A stretch of 60,584 nt of DNA from an uncultured Candidatus Saccharibacteria bacterium (GTDB lineage: Bacteria > Patescibacteriota > Doudnabacteria > UBA920): assembly GCA_964402965.1 (NCBI GenBank), contig CAYODY010000005.1, forward strand, positions 1 to 60,584. The letters are read 5' to 3'. The position numbers and the translations under genes are program-made. Under the pieces are notes generated by a model. That model was not told the DNA's origin. It did not search any database and worked only from the letters and a program-made list of their open reading frames with translations. Shown here in pieces: positions 45,234 through 54,371 of the stretch. Position 1 is the stretch's first letter. Each line of letters starts with the position of its first letter.

Positions 45234-45280
45234 TGTGAAAGATTGTGATTAATTGTGATACGAATGTGACATGAATGTGA
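45234..45280. repeat. Five phased TGTGA iterons
   Basis: TGTGA cores start at 45234, 45244, 45254, 45265 and 45276, giving spacings of 10, 10, 11 and 11 bp. Confidence 0.85.
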
Positions 45281-45281
45281 T

Positions 45282-45980
45282 TTAGGTAATCAGCTTATAA
45301 CCATGATTTTTAATGTTCTGTATGAAATCCTGATGTTTCGCTTTATGGGCTGGCAGAATTTCTAGAGCTTCTTTGATATTTCTAATATCAAAAGTTAAGT
45401 TTCTGATACTATCTTTAGTAGGATTAGCACCCAATAAATCTTCATAAGTCGCTTGATAATTCTTGCTATCTGCCAATTTCAAAATTACTTCAAACTGTTT
45501 GGATGTAGGGTTGAATTGAGTGGGTATCTCATTGATATGTACAATGCCTGTTAATCGATTAATTTTTAACTCCCCCTCTTTGAGAGCAACTACAACGATA
45601 TCTTCATCATGTTCAGGCTCATTTTCTGTTTTTCGGTTTGGAGATGAAGGATTCAATCCCCCAGTGTGGGCCAAAAATTTCTTCTTATCTAAAAGGCATT
45701 TTGCAACTTTGTAAGTAACGCGAGTTGCCGCATATTCACCAAGTGGAATATCTTCAAATCTTTCGTCAATTACATAATCTTCTACAACTCCTTCTTCTTT
45801 GAGTTGTTCAAGAGCATCTACTCTTAAACCATAAGAGACGCTCTCATCATCAAACTCTTCAACATCATCATCTCCTAAATACACTTCATAACGTATTTTA
45901 TTGCCTTCAGGGTGCTGATCATACTGTTGGCGTAACTCTATTAAAATTTCCTGTAAGTAGTCAAAAGTTGTTTTAGGCAT
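45282..45980 (-). CDS. Protein with a C-terminal OmpR/PhoB-type winged-helix DNA-binding domain
   Basis: The C-terminus ...FEVILKLA....ATYEDLL.......SIRNLTFDIRNIK.....FIQNIKNHGYKLIT fits the trans_reg_C pattern. TAGAAT lies 6 nt before the ATG. Confidence 0.55.
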   Translation of the reverse strand: MPKTTFDYLQEILIELRQQYDQHPEGNKIRYEVYLGDDDVEEFDDESVSYGLRVDALEQLKEEGVVEDYVIDERFEDIPLGEYAATRVTYKVAKCLLDKKKFLAHTGGLNPSSPNRKTENEPEHDEDIVVVALKEGELKINRLTGIVHINEIPTQFNPTSKQFEVILKLADSKNYQATYEDLLGANPTKDSIRNLTFDIRNIKEALEILPAHKAKHQDFIQNIKNHGYKLIT

Positions 45981-46108
45981 ACTTATATTCTACCGCATTT
46001 AAGCCAGTTTTCATAACTCATTACTTATCAAGTTCAGAGTGAGGAAAATTGAACAATTCTATACTTACGACCAGAGAGAAAGGGTCTAAATCAGAGTATG
46101 CCGAAATC

Positions 46109-46744
46109 CTACGACATCTTAACCTTTGCTTGGGATAACTTTTCATAAGTCTGTTCAGCTGCCTCAGAGCCTAACCATTTCTGTTTAGCAACTATCCATC
46201 GTAAAAATGGTTTAGCGACCTTGTTGCCATAAACTCTACGCTTGGAATGTTTGAGCATGTTACTGACCTTCATAGCTCTGTTCATACGATATGCCATCTC
46301 TGCCAGCACCCCACCTCTACGATTGATAGTCTGCAACTCATAACTGAGTTCCAAACACTTTCGACACGAGAAGTAATTAGGCTTGCGGTCAGGGCGAAGA
46401 TACAGCTTACTGCGTAAACTACCGCACATAACGCAAAAGAAGAATGGTTTATTTCCAAAATGAGTCTCGCAGGTCAAGATAGTAATAACTTGGGTCTGTG
46501 CGATTCCTTTATATGGGTAAATGACTTGAACCTTGAACGGATCACTCTTAATTACCTTGTAGCCTATGAGCAGAGTATCGTACTGGCTAGATATATATGC
46601 TTTACCTGATTTAGACTCTCCCTCTTTGTTAGGGTGGAGAAGATTACGGCTTAGAGAACCAATAGATAATGAATAGCACTCTTCCACAGTCATTTTGGGA
46701 TACAGTTTTTGTTGTTTAGGTTGATCGAAGAATTCTTGTTCCAT
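46109..46744 (-). CDS. Zinc-ribbon protein, function unknown
   Basis: CVMCGS...(17)...CRKC. TAAAAT lies 6 nt before the ATG. Confidence 0.5.
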   Translation of the reverse strand: MEQEFFDQPKQQKLYPKMTVEECYSLSIGSLSRNLLHPNKEGESKSGKAYISSQYDTLLIGYKVIKSDPFKVQVIYPYKGIAQTQVITILTCETHFGNKPFFFCVMCGSLRSKLYLRPDRKPNYFSCRKCLELSYELQTINRRGGVLAEMAYRMNRAMKVSNMLKHSKRRVYGNKVAKPFLRWIVAKQKWLGSEAAEQTYEKLSQAKVKMS

Positions 46745-46762
46745 ACCTTAATTTTAAATCAA

Positions 46763-46792
46763 GTCAGCAGGACAGTATAGACGGCATAATTT
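46763..46792 (-). repeat. Island junction motif, copy D
   Basis: The minus strand reads aaattATGccgtctatactgtcctgctgac, a mini-ORF MPSILSC* ending 20 nt before the 46744 start. Confidence 0.55.
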
Positions 46793-46983
46793 GAACATCT
46801 TATGCAGAGGTTTCCCTACACAGGACTCCTGAGGATATAGAAAGGATTGTTTACCAACCACTCCCCACCCACCCCCTTCATACTCTCTGTGTTCCTAATA
46901 CAATTCCTCTTTAATGAATTGCAATTCAAACCGCCACCCACCTGTGAGTGGCTTGTTAATCATTAAACGAAAGGGTTACTCAA

Positions 46984-47199
46984 ATGAGCAAGAACCTAGC
47001 AGTACTAGCTGAGTTCGATAACCACGACTGTAAAAGTTCAGCTGACTCAGGATGCAATACCTGTGTCTTCTTCTCTCGAAGCAAAGTCCGTTGGAATCGT
47101 TTCTTAGAGAAGATGGACTTGGTTAGAAAGAATAGCAAGCACATTGACTCTCAGCTAATCAACCACATCATGCAACCAACACAGGAGGAAAGCCAATGA
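46984..47199 (+). CDS. Small hypothetical protein
   Basis: 71-aa ORF. It overlaps the next gene by ATGA. Confidence 0.4.
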   Translation: MSKNLAVLAEFDNHDCKSSADSGCNTCVFFSRSKVRWNRFLEKMDLVRKNSKHIDSQLINHIMQPTQEESQ

Positions 47200-47501
47200 T
47201 TGAATTAAAAGAGATACTAGCAATCCCTAGTTCATACAGGGGTTCAGAAAAGTCTGCTGCGAAAGTCAAAGAACAGATAGCACTTAGATGGCCTAAGCTA
47301 GCAAAGGACTATGACCCTAGATTCACTACCCGCACCGCAAGGGCATGGCAAGTGATAGGTTACAGAATCAAGAAAGGTGAGAAAGCCATTAAGAGCATTA
47401 CAGTAATTGAGAAGACCGATAGCAAGGGCAAAGTCATTGAAAGCTATCCTAAGGTTATTTCGCTCTTTCACATAAATCAGATCGAAAAGATGAAGATATA
47501 G
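47196..47501 (+). CDS. Small ArdC-N-like (ssDNA-binding, anti-restriction-type) protein
   Basis: TTRTARAWQVIGYRIKKGEKAIKSI resembles the ArdC N-domain core (...G..V.KGEKg). The call is tentative. Confidence 0.35.
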   Translation: MIELKEILAIPSSYRGSEKSAAKVKEQIALRWPKLAKDYDPRFTTRTARAWQVIGYRIKKGEKAIKSITVIEKTDSKGKVIESYPKVISLFHINQIEKMKI

Positions 47502-47614
47502 TACCAGATGAGACTCTGAATGTTTTTTAAAATTCCTGGCTTTATGTCGGGTTAAGCGTTTTGGTAGTGATCGTACAACAAAACTACCAACTCTAACAAT
47601 TAAACTATCCATAT

Positions 47615-47971
47615 ATGGAAACAACTCAACCCCGTGTCCAGTTAAACGCATCACTTAGGTACAGCCCTACTGGAGAGCTGATTAGCCGAGACTTGCTGAT
47701 TAACTTCAGAGAGGAAAGTGTGGACGAGTGCGTTAAGTTACTCGGAGACTTTAACAGGCAGTTCAACATCAATCTAGGTTTGGCAGAGCAACCACAAATT
47801 GCCTCACAAACCACGATACTGCCTGCGGACGCTCCAAGCGATTGTCCAAGATGCTTAGTTCCTCTAATCAAAAGAAAAGTTAGTAACAGGGAAAGTGCTA
47901 GTTATGGAAAAGAGTTCTTAGGCTGTGGCAACTATGCTCGCAAGGGCTGTCTTTTCAGTCATTGGCTGTAA
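47615..47971 (+). CDS. Protein with a topoisomerase-type C4 zinc finger
   Basis: CPRCLVPLIKRKV......GKEFLGCGNYARKGC has the same architecture as the TopA C-terminal ribbons in this window. Confidence 0.5.
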   Translation: METTQPRVQLNASLRYSPTGELISRDLLINFREESVDECVKLLGDFNRQFNINLGLAEQPQIASQTTILPADAPSDCPRCLVPLIKRKVSNRESASYGKEFLGCGNYARKGCLFSHWL

Positions 47972-47974
47972 ATG

Positions 47975-48006
47975 AAAAAGGCTGGGTGCAATACCAGTCT
48001 TTTTTT
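47975..48006. terminator. Bidirectional terminator between convergent genes
   Basis: An A5 run, ggctgg / ccagtc stem with one G-U pair, then a T7 run. Confidence 0.65.
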
Positions 48007-48010
48007 CAAT

Positions 48011-48658
48011 TTAGCGCGACTTACCAGTTTCTACGAACTTGTGAGTTTTGATTGAGTACAGAACATCTGATTCTACGGCGTTATTACACACTCGCCCAAC
48101 TGGTTCGCCTGTTTCTATATAATTTTGCACTCGCATATCCCAACATTGTCTACTAAACTCTTCGTATCCTTCGGGTTTAGCTCCAGACTCATTAAGTAGT
48201 TTAGATAAATCTGTAAAATCAGTCGGTACTACCTGCCACGATAAACCTTTAGCACGAAGGCTGATAATTCGAGCGTCTGTTGTACAGTCACTATAATTGC
48301 GTTCATTCCACCGAGCATTACCATGAGCCTCAACACAAACTTTCAATAGTGCTTGATAACGATTACTGAATTTGCTTCCTGTCACTGCCTCTAACTTATA
48401 CTCAACCTTATCAATGACCATGAAATTACCGACATCTCCTCTAGGACAAACAGTCTCATTGCTCAATGATTTAATTCCATTCAATGGATGTATGCTAGTA
48501 CACCTTTCATTGTTAAGAGCCGTAACTATACTATTAGCGTACTTCGTTGCTGCGGACTTGTTCGCAATTAGACTGATATAACCAATGCTAGCTAAAACTA
48601 ATACTCCGACAATTATTAAAACAGTTTTTATAGTTCTATTTTTATATGTTAATACCAT
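48011..48658 (-). CDS. Membrane-anchored protein, function unknown
   Basis: Start moved to MVLTYKNRTIKTVLIIVGVLVL, giving a 10-nt overlap with the upstream gene. Confidence 0.5.
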   Translation of the reverse strand: MVLTYKNRTIKTVLIIVGVLVLASIGYISLIANKSAATKYANSIVTALNNERCTSIHPLNGIKSLSNETVCPRGDVGNFMVIDKVEYKLEAVTGSKFSNRYQALLKVCVEAHGNARWNERNYSDCTTDARIISLRAKGLSWQVVPTDFTDLSKLLNESGAKPEGYEEFSRQCWDMRVQNYIETGEPVGRVCNNAVESDVLYSIKTHKFVETGKSR

Positions 48659-49101
48659 TGTGCAACTCCCCCATGATGAGAGCAAGTGCCTCTTCTATTT
48701 TGACTAAAGCTATATGTTCCATCGCCGCATTGAGCAGATGCTCCTGCTGGCACGCTATTGTCTGAGGAGTATGCGGGAGAATGAACTTGATTGCCGTCTA
48801 CATTTTGATAATAGTTATCATTAGAAAGAGGCTTGCTTTGTGTAGACGTAGCTTTTGGAACTGCTTGAACCTCAGGAGTAACTGTCTTCGTATCAGTCTG
48901 TTCCTGAACAACTGGCAAGGACTGTTCTAACGTAGTGCTTGTCTGAACTGGTATTGTTTGTTGAGTACCAGTTTGAGATTGAACCTGTGGAGTAGGAGTA
49001 GGGCTACTCGCTATTCCAATAGCAGTGAACAACCCAACAGCCGACAATGGAATGATATACCGCTTCTTCTTGTACCACTTGCGTACTTCTTCGTTTTCCA
49101 T
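48649..49101 (-). CDS. Membrane-anchored DUF3761-like protein
   Basis: A TM helix, a T/Q/P-rich linker, and C-terminal CGDGTYSFSQNRRGTCSHHGGVAQW. Confidence 0.6.
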   Translation of the reverse strand: MENEEVRKWYKKKRYIIPLSAVGLFTAIGIASSPTPTPQVQSQTGTQQTIPVQTSTTLEQSLPVVQEQTDTKTVTPEVQAVPKATSTQSKPLSNDNYYQNVDGNQVHSPAYSSDNSVPAGASAQCGDGTYSFSQNRRGTCSHHGGVAQWY

Positions 49102-49124
49102 AATATGTTAATTAAATAATAGGC

Positions 49125-49448
49125 TTATTTATAAGCTAAATATACTATGATTGGAATAAATAGTAAACTGCTAAATGCTAGTGTAGTAAGCGGTGCGAAG
49201 TATACACCACCATACTGTTGATTACTGTCTGATAAATTATAGGCATCACTCACATTAGGCTCTTGCTCTAAAAATGGAGTTCCATCTATATAGTTATAGC
49301 GTGCATCGCCATAAGAACTTCTATTGCACTCCTCAACCCCATATTCATTTACAGGACACTTGAGAGTCAAGGCCAAAGACTCATTTGGTACAGACATGAA
49401 AACAACTAAAGCTATAAGTGAGACAATGCTAACTTTTACTTTACTCAT
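49125..49448 (-). CDS. Small secreted or membrane protein
   Basis: 107 aa with an N-terminal signal peptide and a C-terminal TM helix. Confidence 0.45.
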   Translation of the reverse strand: MSKVKVSIVSLIALVVFMSVPNESLALTLKCPVNEYGVEECNRSSYGDARYNYIDGTPFLEQEPNVSDAYNLSDSNQQYGGVYFAPLTTLAFSSLLFIPIIVYLAYK

Positions 49449-49458
49449 ATTCCAATCC

Positions 49459-50280
49459 TTAATTCTGACAGATTATAGCTTCCGTCCCCAGTTCATACTT
49501 CAATGCGTCTAACAAATCATAACGGGTTCCAACATGGTCGATTAACTTTGCCTCAATAGCTTGTTTGCTAGTTAGTATTCTTCCGTCTGCTAATGGGAGA
49601 AGTTGAGCCACGTCAATTTTCCTGCTATCTGCAATACTCTGTGCCATTATGTCAAAGGCACTATCGATGTTCTCTTGGAGATTGGCTCTTTCTTCTGCTG
49701 TTAATTCTTTGTCTGGGTTAGTGATGTCTTTAAACTTTCCACTTGAGAGTTCGTTAAAGGTGATACCCTCAGATTCATTCTTTACTGAGTTATCAATGAA
49801 TGAATAAGTTGTTCCCATGTTCCCTAACATTGATGTCGGATACGCATAGACTAAGTCAGCCGCACTGGCTATCCAAAACCCTGCACTAAGGCCTTGCGAT
49901 CTAATTAGAGCATAGACTGGCTTTTCAATATGCTGGATTGTAGCGACAATGTCTTCTGCAGAGGTAACTTCTCCACCTGGACTATCGATGTCCAAAATAA
50001 TGTACTCTATTCCTTCTTGCTCGTTAGCAGTTTCCAATTGTTTAACTACATTCAAAGCATCTGTGTAATAACCTAACTCTGGTGGTAGTTCCCCATATGC
50101 TATGAGTTGCCCACGAATTGGTATTGACGCTACATTTGATAAAGTCGGACACTCTTCAGTGTCGCCAGATAACCAAAAAATACCAATGGAGGCAACTACT
50201 AGATAACAGGCTACGGTTACAAGCCAAAATATGACTCTCCCTATCTGCTTGATTGTTTGTTTTGATGGCAGTGTTAACAT
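49459..50280 (-). CDS. S49-family (SppA/ClpP-fold) serine peptidase, membrane-anchored
   Basis: An N-terminal TM helix, then LDIDSPGGEV and GLSAGFWIASAAD. Confidence 0.7.
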   Translation of the reverse strand: MLTLPSKQTIKQIGRVIFWLVTVACYLVVASIGIFWLSGDTEECPTLSNVASIPIRGQLIAYGELPPELGYYTDALNVVKQLETANEQEGIEYIILDIDSPGGEVTSAEDIVATIQHIEKPVYALIRSQGLSAGFWIASAADLVYAYPTSMLGNMGTTYSFIDNSVKNESEGITFNELSSGKFKDITNPDKELTAEERANLQENIDSAFDIMAQSIADSRKIDVAQLLPLADGRILTSKQAIEAKLIDHVGTRYDLLDALKYELGTEAIICQN

Positions 50281-50300
50281 AGTTTTTTCAATTCTTAATT

Positions 50301-50852
50301 TTATTTAGGTACAGGCATAACCCACTCAACACTCGTAACCTGTTCAGTCTTAACTACATCAGACAGTAGCTTCTTACTGCCTATTGTCTTGGTCATCAAT
50401 GACTCATACACTGCGACATCTTCACTGTATTCCTTGGTGGCTTGAGGTTGAAGAGCAAATGCAGGGTACATAACCTCTCCTATTAAGTTCACAGTCCTCT
50501 CCTGCAATACTTGCCCATTTGAACTAAGGGTAATTTTCAAGGTTACACTTTTCACAGCGCACTCTTTGGAGTTATTTTTAACAATTCCATTAACATGAAG
50601 CTTGTTTTGTATCCCACTAATCTGACTAGTTGGTTTTAAAATTTGAACATCAGATGACTTGCCTGATGGGCAAGGCTCTAACTTTCCTAGTAAATTACCC
50701 AGTGGTCCATTACCTATAGGTGGAGGAGTTACAACTATAGCCTGACGTTGCCTAGTTACGAAGTAGGTCGCTACGCCAATAATGACAAAAACAGCAACGA
50801 CTAAAAGCCATGTATGACTGGTTATCCACTTGTTTTGTCTTGGTTCTGCCAT
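50301..50852 (-). CDS. Membrane-anchored protein, function unknown
   Basis: 183-aa ORF with an N-terminal TM helix. It is the first gene of a five-gene minus-strand cluster. Confidence 0.5.
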   Translation of the reverse strand: MAEPRQNKWITSHTWLLVVAVFVIIGVATYFVTRQRQAIVVTPPPIGNGPLGNLLGKLEPCPSGKSSDVQILKPTSQISGIQNKLHVNGIVKNNSKECAVKSVTLKITLSSNGQVLQERTVNLIGEVMYPAFALQPQATKEYSEDVAVYESLMTKTIGSKKLLSDVVKTEQVTSVEWVMPVPK

Positions 50853-50881
50853 AGATTTACCCTTTTAATCAGTATAACAAA

Positions 50882-50900
50882 ATATCTAAATTTTAGATAT
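50882..50900. promoter_or_regulatory. Perfect 9-1-9 palindrome, candidate XRE operator
   Basis: ATATCTAAA-T-TTTAGATAT lies in the divergent intergenic region. Confidence 0.55.
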
Positions 50901-50927
50901 GCGGATTCCGTATACATACTTATCTAT

Positions 50928-51146
50928 ATGGGTACTACTATTCGAACAAAGGAATACAAGGTCTTTATACAGCAGCTCAAAAAAGCTCGGCTTGAAGCAG
51001 GGCTTAAACAGGTTGAGGTGGCAAAGAAGTTTAAACGACCACAGTCATATATAGCCAGAGTTGAATCAGGAGAATACCGAATAGACGTAATGGAGCTAAA
51101 AAGATTCGCCAAGCTCTATGGCAAAGACATCAAGTACTTTCTCTAG
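50928..51146 (+). CDS. XRE-family helix-turn-helix regulator
   Basis: L...R...GL.Q.EVA.K......I.R.E.G....D...L..FA..Y. 72 aa from the MGTTIRT start. Confidence 0.8.
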   Translation: MGTTIRTKEYKVFIQQLKKARLEAGLKQVEVAKKFKRPQSYIARVESGEYRIDVMELKRFAKLYGKDIKYFL

Positions 51147-51168
51147 CCTTTATGCAACCAAAAAACCG

Positions 51169-51191
51169 AAAACCGCTCTGTGGCGGTTTTT
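51169..51191 (+). terminator. Intrinsic terminator
   Basis: aaccgc-tctgtg-gcggtt followed by a T-run. Confidence 0.6.
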
Positions 51192-51221
51192 AAATACTCT
51201 CAAAAAGAGTATAATGCACTT

Positions 51222-51656
51222 ATGAAATATATTTTATCTGCGATATTAGCAGTCACCCTACTTGGTGCAAGCTGTGATGCCAGCCAAAAACAATCTGATA
51301 ATACTTTTGATAAAAATCTAAAGTGTAAACAAATAGCCTCTGAATTAGACGCTCAAAAAAGAGACGAAGAACAGAAAGCATCAAAAGCTGGGTTGTTATT
51401 CTATACACGTTTTAGTGGTAGCGAAACTAAATATAGCGAGAAGTTAAGCACATGTTTATATACATACACATTAAACATTCCTAGCACTCCAAATGTACCA
51501 GGGTCTCAAAGTAGATTCCTTGTAGATAGCTTAACTAATGAAGTCTTAGCAATGTATACCACATTAGACGATCAACCCATTGCAGAAAAGATAGAGGCTC
51601 AAAAAGCATTCTACGATAGATATAACGAACTTTACCTTGAAGGAGAAAGCAAATGA
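51222..51656 (+). CDS. Lipoprotein, function unknown
   Basis: Start moved to MKYILSAILAVTLLGASC (lipobox LGASC). TATAAT at 51210-51215 lies 6 nt upstream. Confidence 0.6.
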   Translation: MKYILSAILAVTLLGASCDASQKQSDNTFDKNLKCKQIASELDAQKRDEEQKASKAGLLFYTRFSGSETKYSEKLSTCLYTYTLNIPSTPNVPGSQSRFLVDSLTNEVLAMYTTLDDQPIAEKIEAQKAFYDRYNELYLEGESK

Positions 51657-51889
51657 AAATGAATACGGAAAGAATTATAATAATCGTTTTAGCAATACTT
51701 CTGATTTGGTTTGCTTCTGCAATTATTAGACTTGAAAACTACCATTATGCAGTACAGGTGGGTATATGTGCTAATAGCACTCAAACTGACGAATTCAAGA
51801 AACACATGGAACTAGAAAATTGTTTGAATAACACTCAGACCAGAGCGAGTGGTATCTGGCATTTAATGTATGGTCTAAACATATTCTAA
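51653..51889 (+). CDS. Small membrane protein
   Basis: 78 aa with one TM helix. ATGA overlap with the upstream gene. Confidence 0.45.
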   Translation: MKMNTERIIIIVLAILLIWFASAIIRLENYHYAVQVGICANSTQTDEFKKHMELENCLNNTQTRASGIWHLMYGLNIF

Positions 51890-51949
51890 TCTGACGAACT
51901 AAACCCTATCATAATCGCATAAGATAAGTTTTTTTGTTACTATAAAGTT

Positions 51950-52828
51950 ATGGAATCTACGACAACCACAGACGATTTTGGGCTTAAACATATAATATTT
52001 GGCACTCCTTCAGAACACGAATTCTTTCTGGTTCCTGGTATTTGTTTAAGCTATGAAATGTTTACTAAAACTTATGATGACACGGCTATCTCTTGGACTG
52101 AACACTTAATTCAACAAGGCTATCGTGTTCATATCTTAGATTGGCAAGATTTTCACCCCCCGACTAACGAACATTTTGGGAGCTTTATTAGCAGAGCAAT
52201 TGCTAACCTGATTCAACAAAACGGCAAGCCATGCACCTTAATTACTCATTCTACTAGCGGGGCCTATGGTTGGAAGGTACTTGGGGAAAGTGATTTGCTT
52301 AAAAACATTATTGCCATTGCACCAGCGCCGCCTGGAAATATTCAAAAATCATTCCCAGTTGAAGATATGGGCAAAGAGTTTGTATTCAAATCTGGGGAAT
52401 ACACTTATCACATAGACCCAGTAAAAGGATTTAACCCAGACTTGTTATGGGTCGAAGAAAAGTTAGTTGCTCATGGCTTAAAATTCCCTGAAGATAAATT
52501 TCAAGACTTACTGAGCATATGTAATCGATGTGACCCAAGAGCAATTATGGAACGTTTCAATGCAAATGATTCTCAGATTAAGATAGATGAAGATAACCTA
52601 ATGGATAGGCAAAACACTAAAGTATTTGTTATCACTGGTGATAACGATCCCCCACACCCTTACGAAACCGATAACGGTATTGTGGAATACCTAAAAACTT
52701 TAAATGTTGGGGCTAGTTTCATTTGGCTAGCAGAGCACAATTTACCTGGACATGGTCATATGATGATGATGGAAAAAGGTTCAACTGAGATACTAAAACT
52801 AGTTCTTAACTTAATAAGCAACCCTTAA
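51950..52828 (+). CDS. Putative alpha/beta-fold hydrolase
   Basis: Nucleophile-elbow-like ITHSTSGAYG and a C-terminal GHGHMMM. The evidence is weak. Confidence 0.4.
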   Translation: MESTTTTDDFGLKHIIFGTPSEHEFFLVPGICLSYEMFTKTYDDTAISWTEHLIQQGYRVHILDWQDFHPPTNEHFGSFISRAIANLIQQNGKPCTLITHSTSGAYGWKVLGESDLLKNIIAIAPAPPGNIQKSFPVEDMGKEFVFKSGEYTYHIDPVKGFNPDLLWVEEKLVAHGLKFPEDKFQDLLSICNRCDPRAIMERFNANDSQIKIDEDNLMDRQNTKVFVITGDNDPPHPYETDNGIVEYLKTLNVGASFIWLAEHNLPGHGHMMMMEKGSTEILKLVLNLISNP

Positions 52829-52837
52829 TACAGGAAT

Positions 52838-53701
52838 ATGGAAAATAACTCTTATCAAAAACGGATTGTATCGTACGAAAAAATTCATTCAATTGATGAA
52901 AAGGACTTTGAAACTTTAGTATCAATTGTTAACCCTGAAAACGGACAAGTAATTTTAGACGCTTGTTGTGGTTACGGTTCTGTCACAAAACATTTACAAG
53001 GAGCAGTTACCTCAAAAGGCTTGGATACCAAAATAGTGTTGTTGGATAGCAGTGAGTTACAGTTAAATCGTGCTCAGGAAAATCTGACTGCCGAAAACTT
53101 AGAATTTACTCTTTCAGATTCAAGGCACACACCATTCCCAGATAACCATTTTGATACTATTGTAAATAAAATGGGATTACATGAAGTAGACAGAGAAAGT
53201 CAAAAGCAGATGGCTACGGAATTGTATCGAATTCTGAAGCCTGGTGGCAAGATTATCATTTGGGAATTAGCACTTGATAGTAAGACTCAAAAACCTTTTT
53301 CGGAACTAATCAAAAAGAAAGATGAACTCTCTGGCTTTGAGTCATTGATTCGTAATCGTTATTTCCCTAGAAAAGAAGAAACTCTTGAACTACTGACGGA
53401 AACAGGATTCGAAAATGCAGTTGTTGAGCATGATGTTTTCCCTAAATTATCTATTCGAAATCGAAGGGAAGAATTTGTATCAGCTGACAGACTAAAAATC
53501 TTACAAGAAAAAGGATTTATCGAAGAGTCTGATGAGGCTGAACTCGACAAGTCAGCGGAAGAAAAAATTTGGCAACTGCGCCAATTTATTAAAGATAAGC
53601 TCTCGGATGCAGAAAAGACCGCTATGAGCTACTTTGAAACTGAAGACGATACAATATTGAGTGCGTCAAAGGCAATTTTCAAAGCCATTAAGCCAAGCTA
53701 G
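52838..53701 (+). CDS. Class I SAM-dependent methyltransferase with a C-terminal extension
   Basis: Motif I ILDACCGYGSVT and motif post-II LKPGGKIIIWE. Confidence 0.7.
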   Translation: MENNSYQKRIVSYEKIHSIDEKDFETLVSIVNPENGQVILDACCGYGSVTKHLQGAVTSKGLDTKIVLLDSSELQLNRAQENLTAENLEFTLSDSRHTPFPDNHFDTIVNKMGLHEVDRESQKQMATELYRILKPGGKIIIWELALDSKTQKPFSELIKKKDELSGFESLIRNRYFPRKEETLELLTETGFENAVVEHDVFPKLSIRNRREEFVSADRLKILQEKGFIEESDEAELDKSAEEKIWQLRQFIKDKLSDAEKTAMSYFETEDDTILSASKAIFKAIKPS

Positions 53702-53748
53702 TCTGTCCTGACAAATTACTTAATTTACAATTACACTGCAACTAATTA

Positions 53749-54345
53749 TTATGCTTTGGCTATTACATGAAAAAGATGCCAATGCTTTACTACCCCACTC
53801 GCTAGTTTGCGGTCTATTTCTTCTTCTTCAAATTCCAAAACTTCCATATTACTAAACAAGTCTTCCACTTCAGATTTAGTATGAAAAGTGAACTCTCTTT
53901 CTTGCTCATTCCATTGGTCACGAACACCAAAGAACTGCCCTACAAAAACCCCTTCAGTCGCCAATGACTGCTCTATGCCATTCCACACTTTCTCAAAAGT
54001 TTTAGGAGAGTTAAATGGAAGTGCGTAATGCGCATTAACCAAGTCATATTCCTTTACGGGAAATACGAACTCGTCGAATGGTGATTGAATAAATTCAAAA
54101 TTATTTTTTGGTAACTGTTCCAATAAGGCCTGCGGAGGTAGTTCTTTGTCGATAGCGATTACTTTACTAAAGCCTTGTGATAGTAAAAACTGAGCGTCCA
54201 CTAAGTCACCAGTACCCAAGTCCACAGCTATACCTTTGTTTTGTAAAAAAGAAGTTGCTTTAACCAAAAATGAGGCAACGGGTCGATTTTTTCTATCCGT
54301 GTAATGTTCTTGCCAATCTATATTCATATGTTGTAATGATATCAT
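53749..54345 (-). CDS. SAM-dependent methyltransferase (TehB-like)
   Basis: Motif I-like AVDLGTGDLVDAQFL, 198 aa. Confidence 0.55.
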   Translation of the reverse strand: MISLQHMNIDWQEHYTDRKNRPVASFLVKATSFLQNKGIAVDLGTGDLVDAQFLLSQGFSKVIAIDKELPPQALLEQLPKNNFEFIQSPFDEFVFPVKEYDLVNAHYALPFNSPKTFEKVWNGIEQSLATEGVFVGQFFGVRDQWNEQEREFTFHTKSEVEDLFSNMEVLEFEEEEIDRKLASGVVKHWHLFHVIAKA

Positions 54346-54371
54346 TTTTCTTGCAGAGCAAAAACTGGTGA
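54343..54371 (-). repeat. Island junction motif, copy C (5' UTR plus start codon)
   Basis: The plus strand catttttcttgcagagcaaaaactggtga matches 57468-57496 at 27 of 29 positions. The 'cat' is the start codon of the 53749-54345 gene. Confidence 0.75.

Noticed and set aside
45234-45280. Mini CRISPR array
   Set aside because: The units are 10-11 bp with no spacer-sized unique segments and there are no cas genes. This is iteron-type architecture. No CRISPR-like repeat-spacer array was seen anywhere in the window.
48011-50852. Prophage morphogenesis module, with the S49 peptidase as a prohead protease
   Set aside because: No terminase, portal, capsid, tail or lysis genes are recognisable in the window. 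The peptidase has an N-terminal TM anchor and its neighbours are small membrane or secreted proteins.
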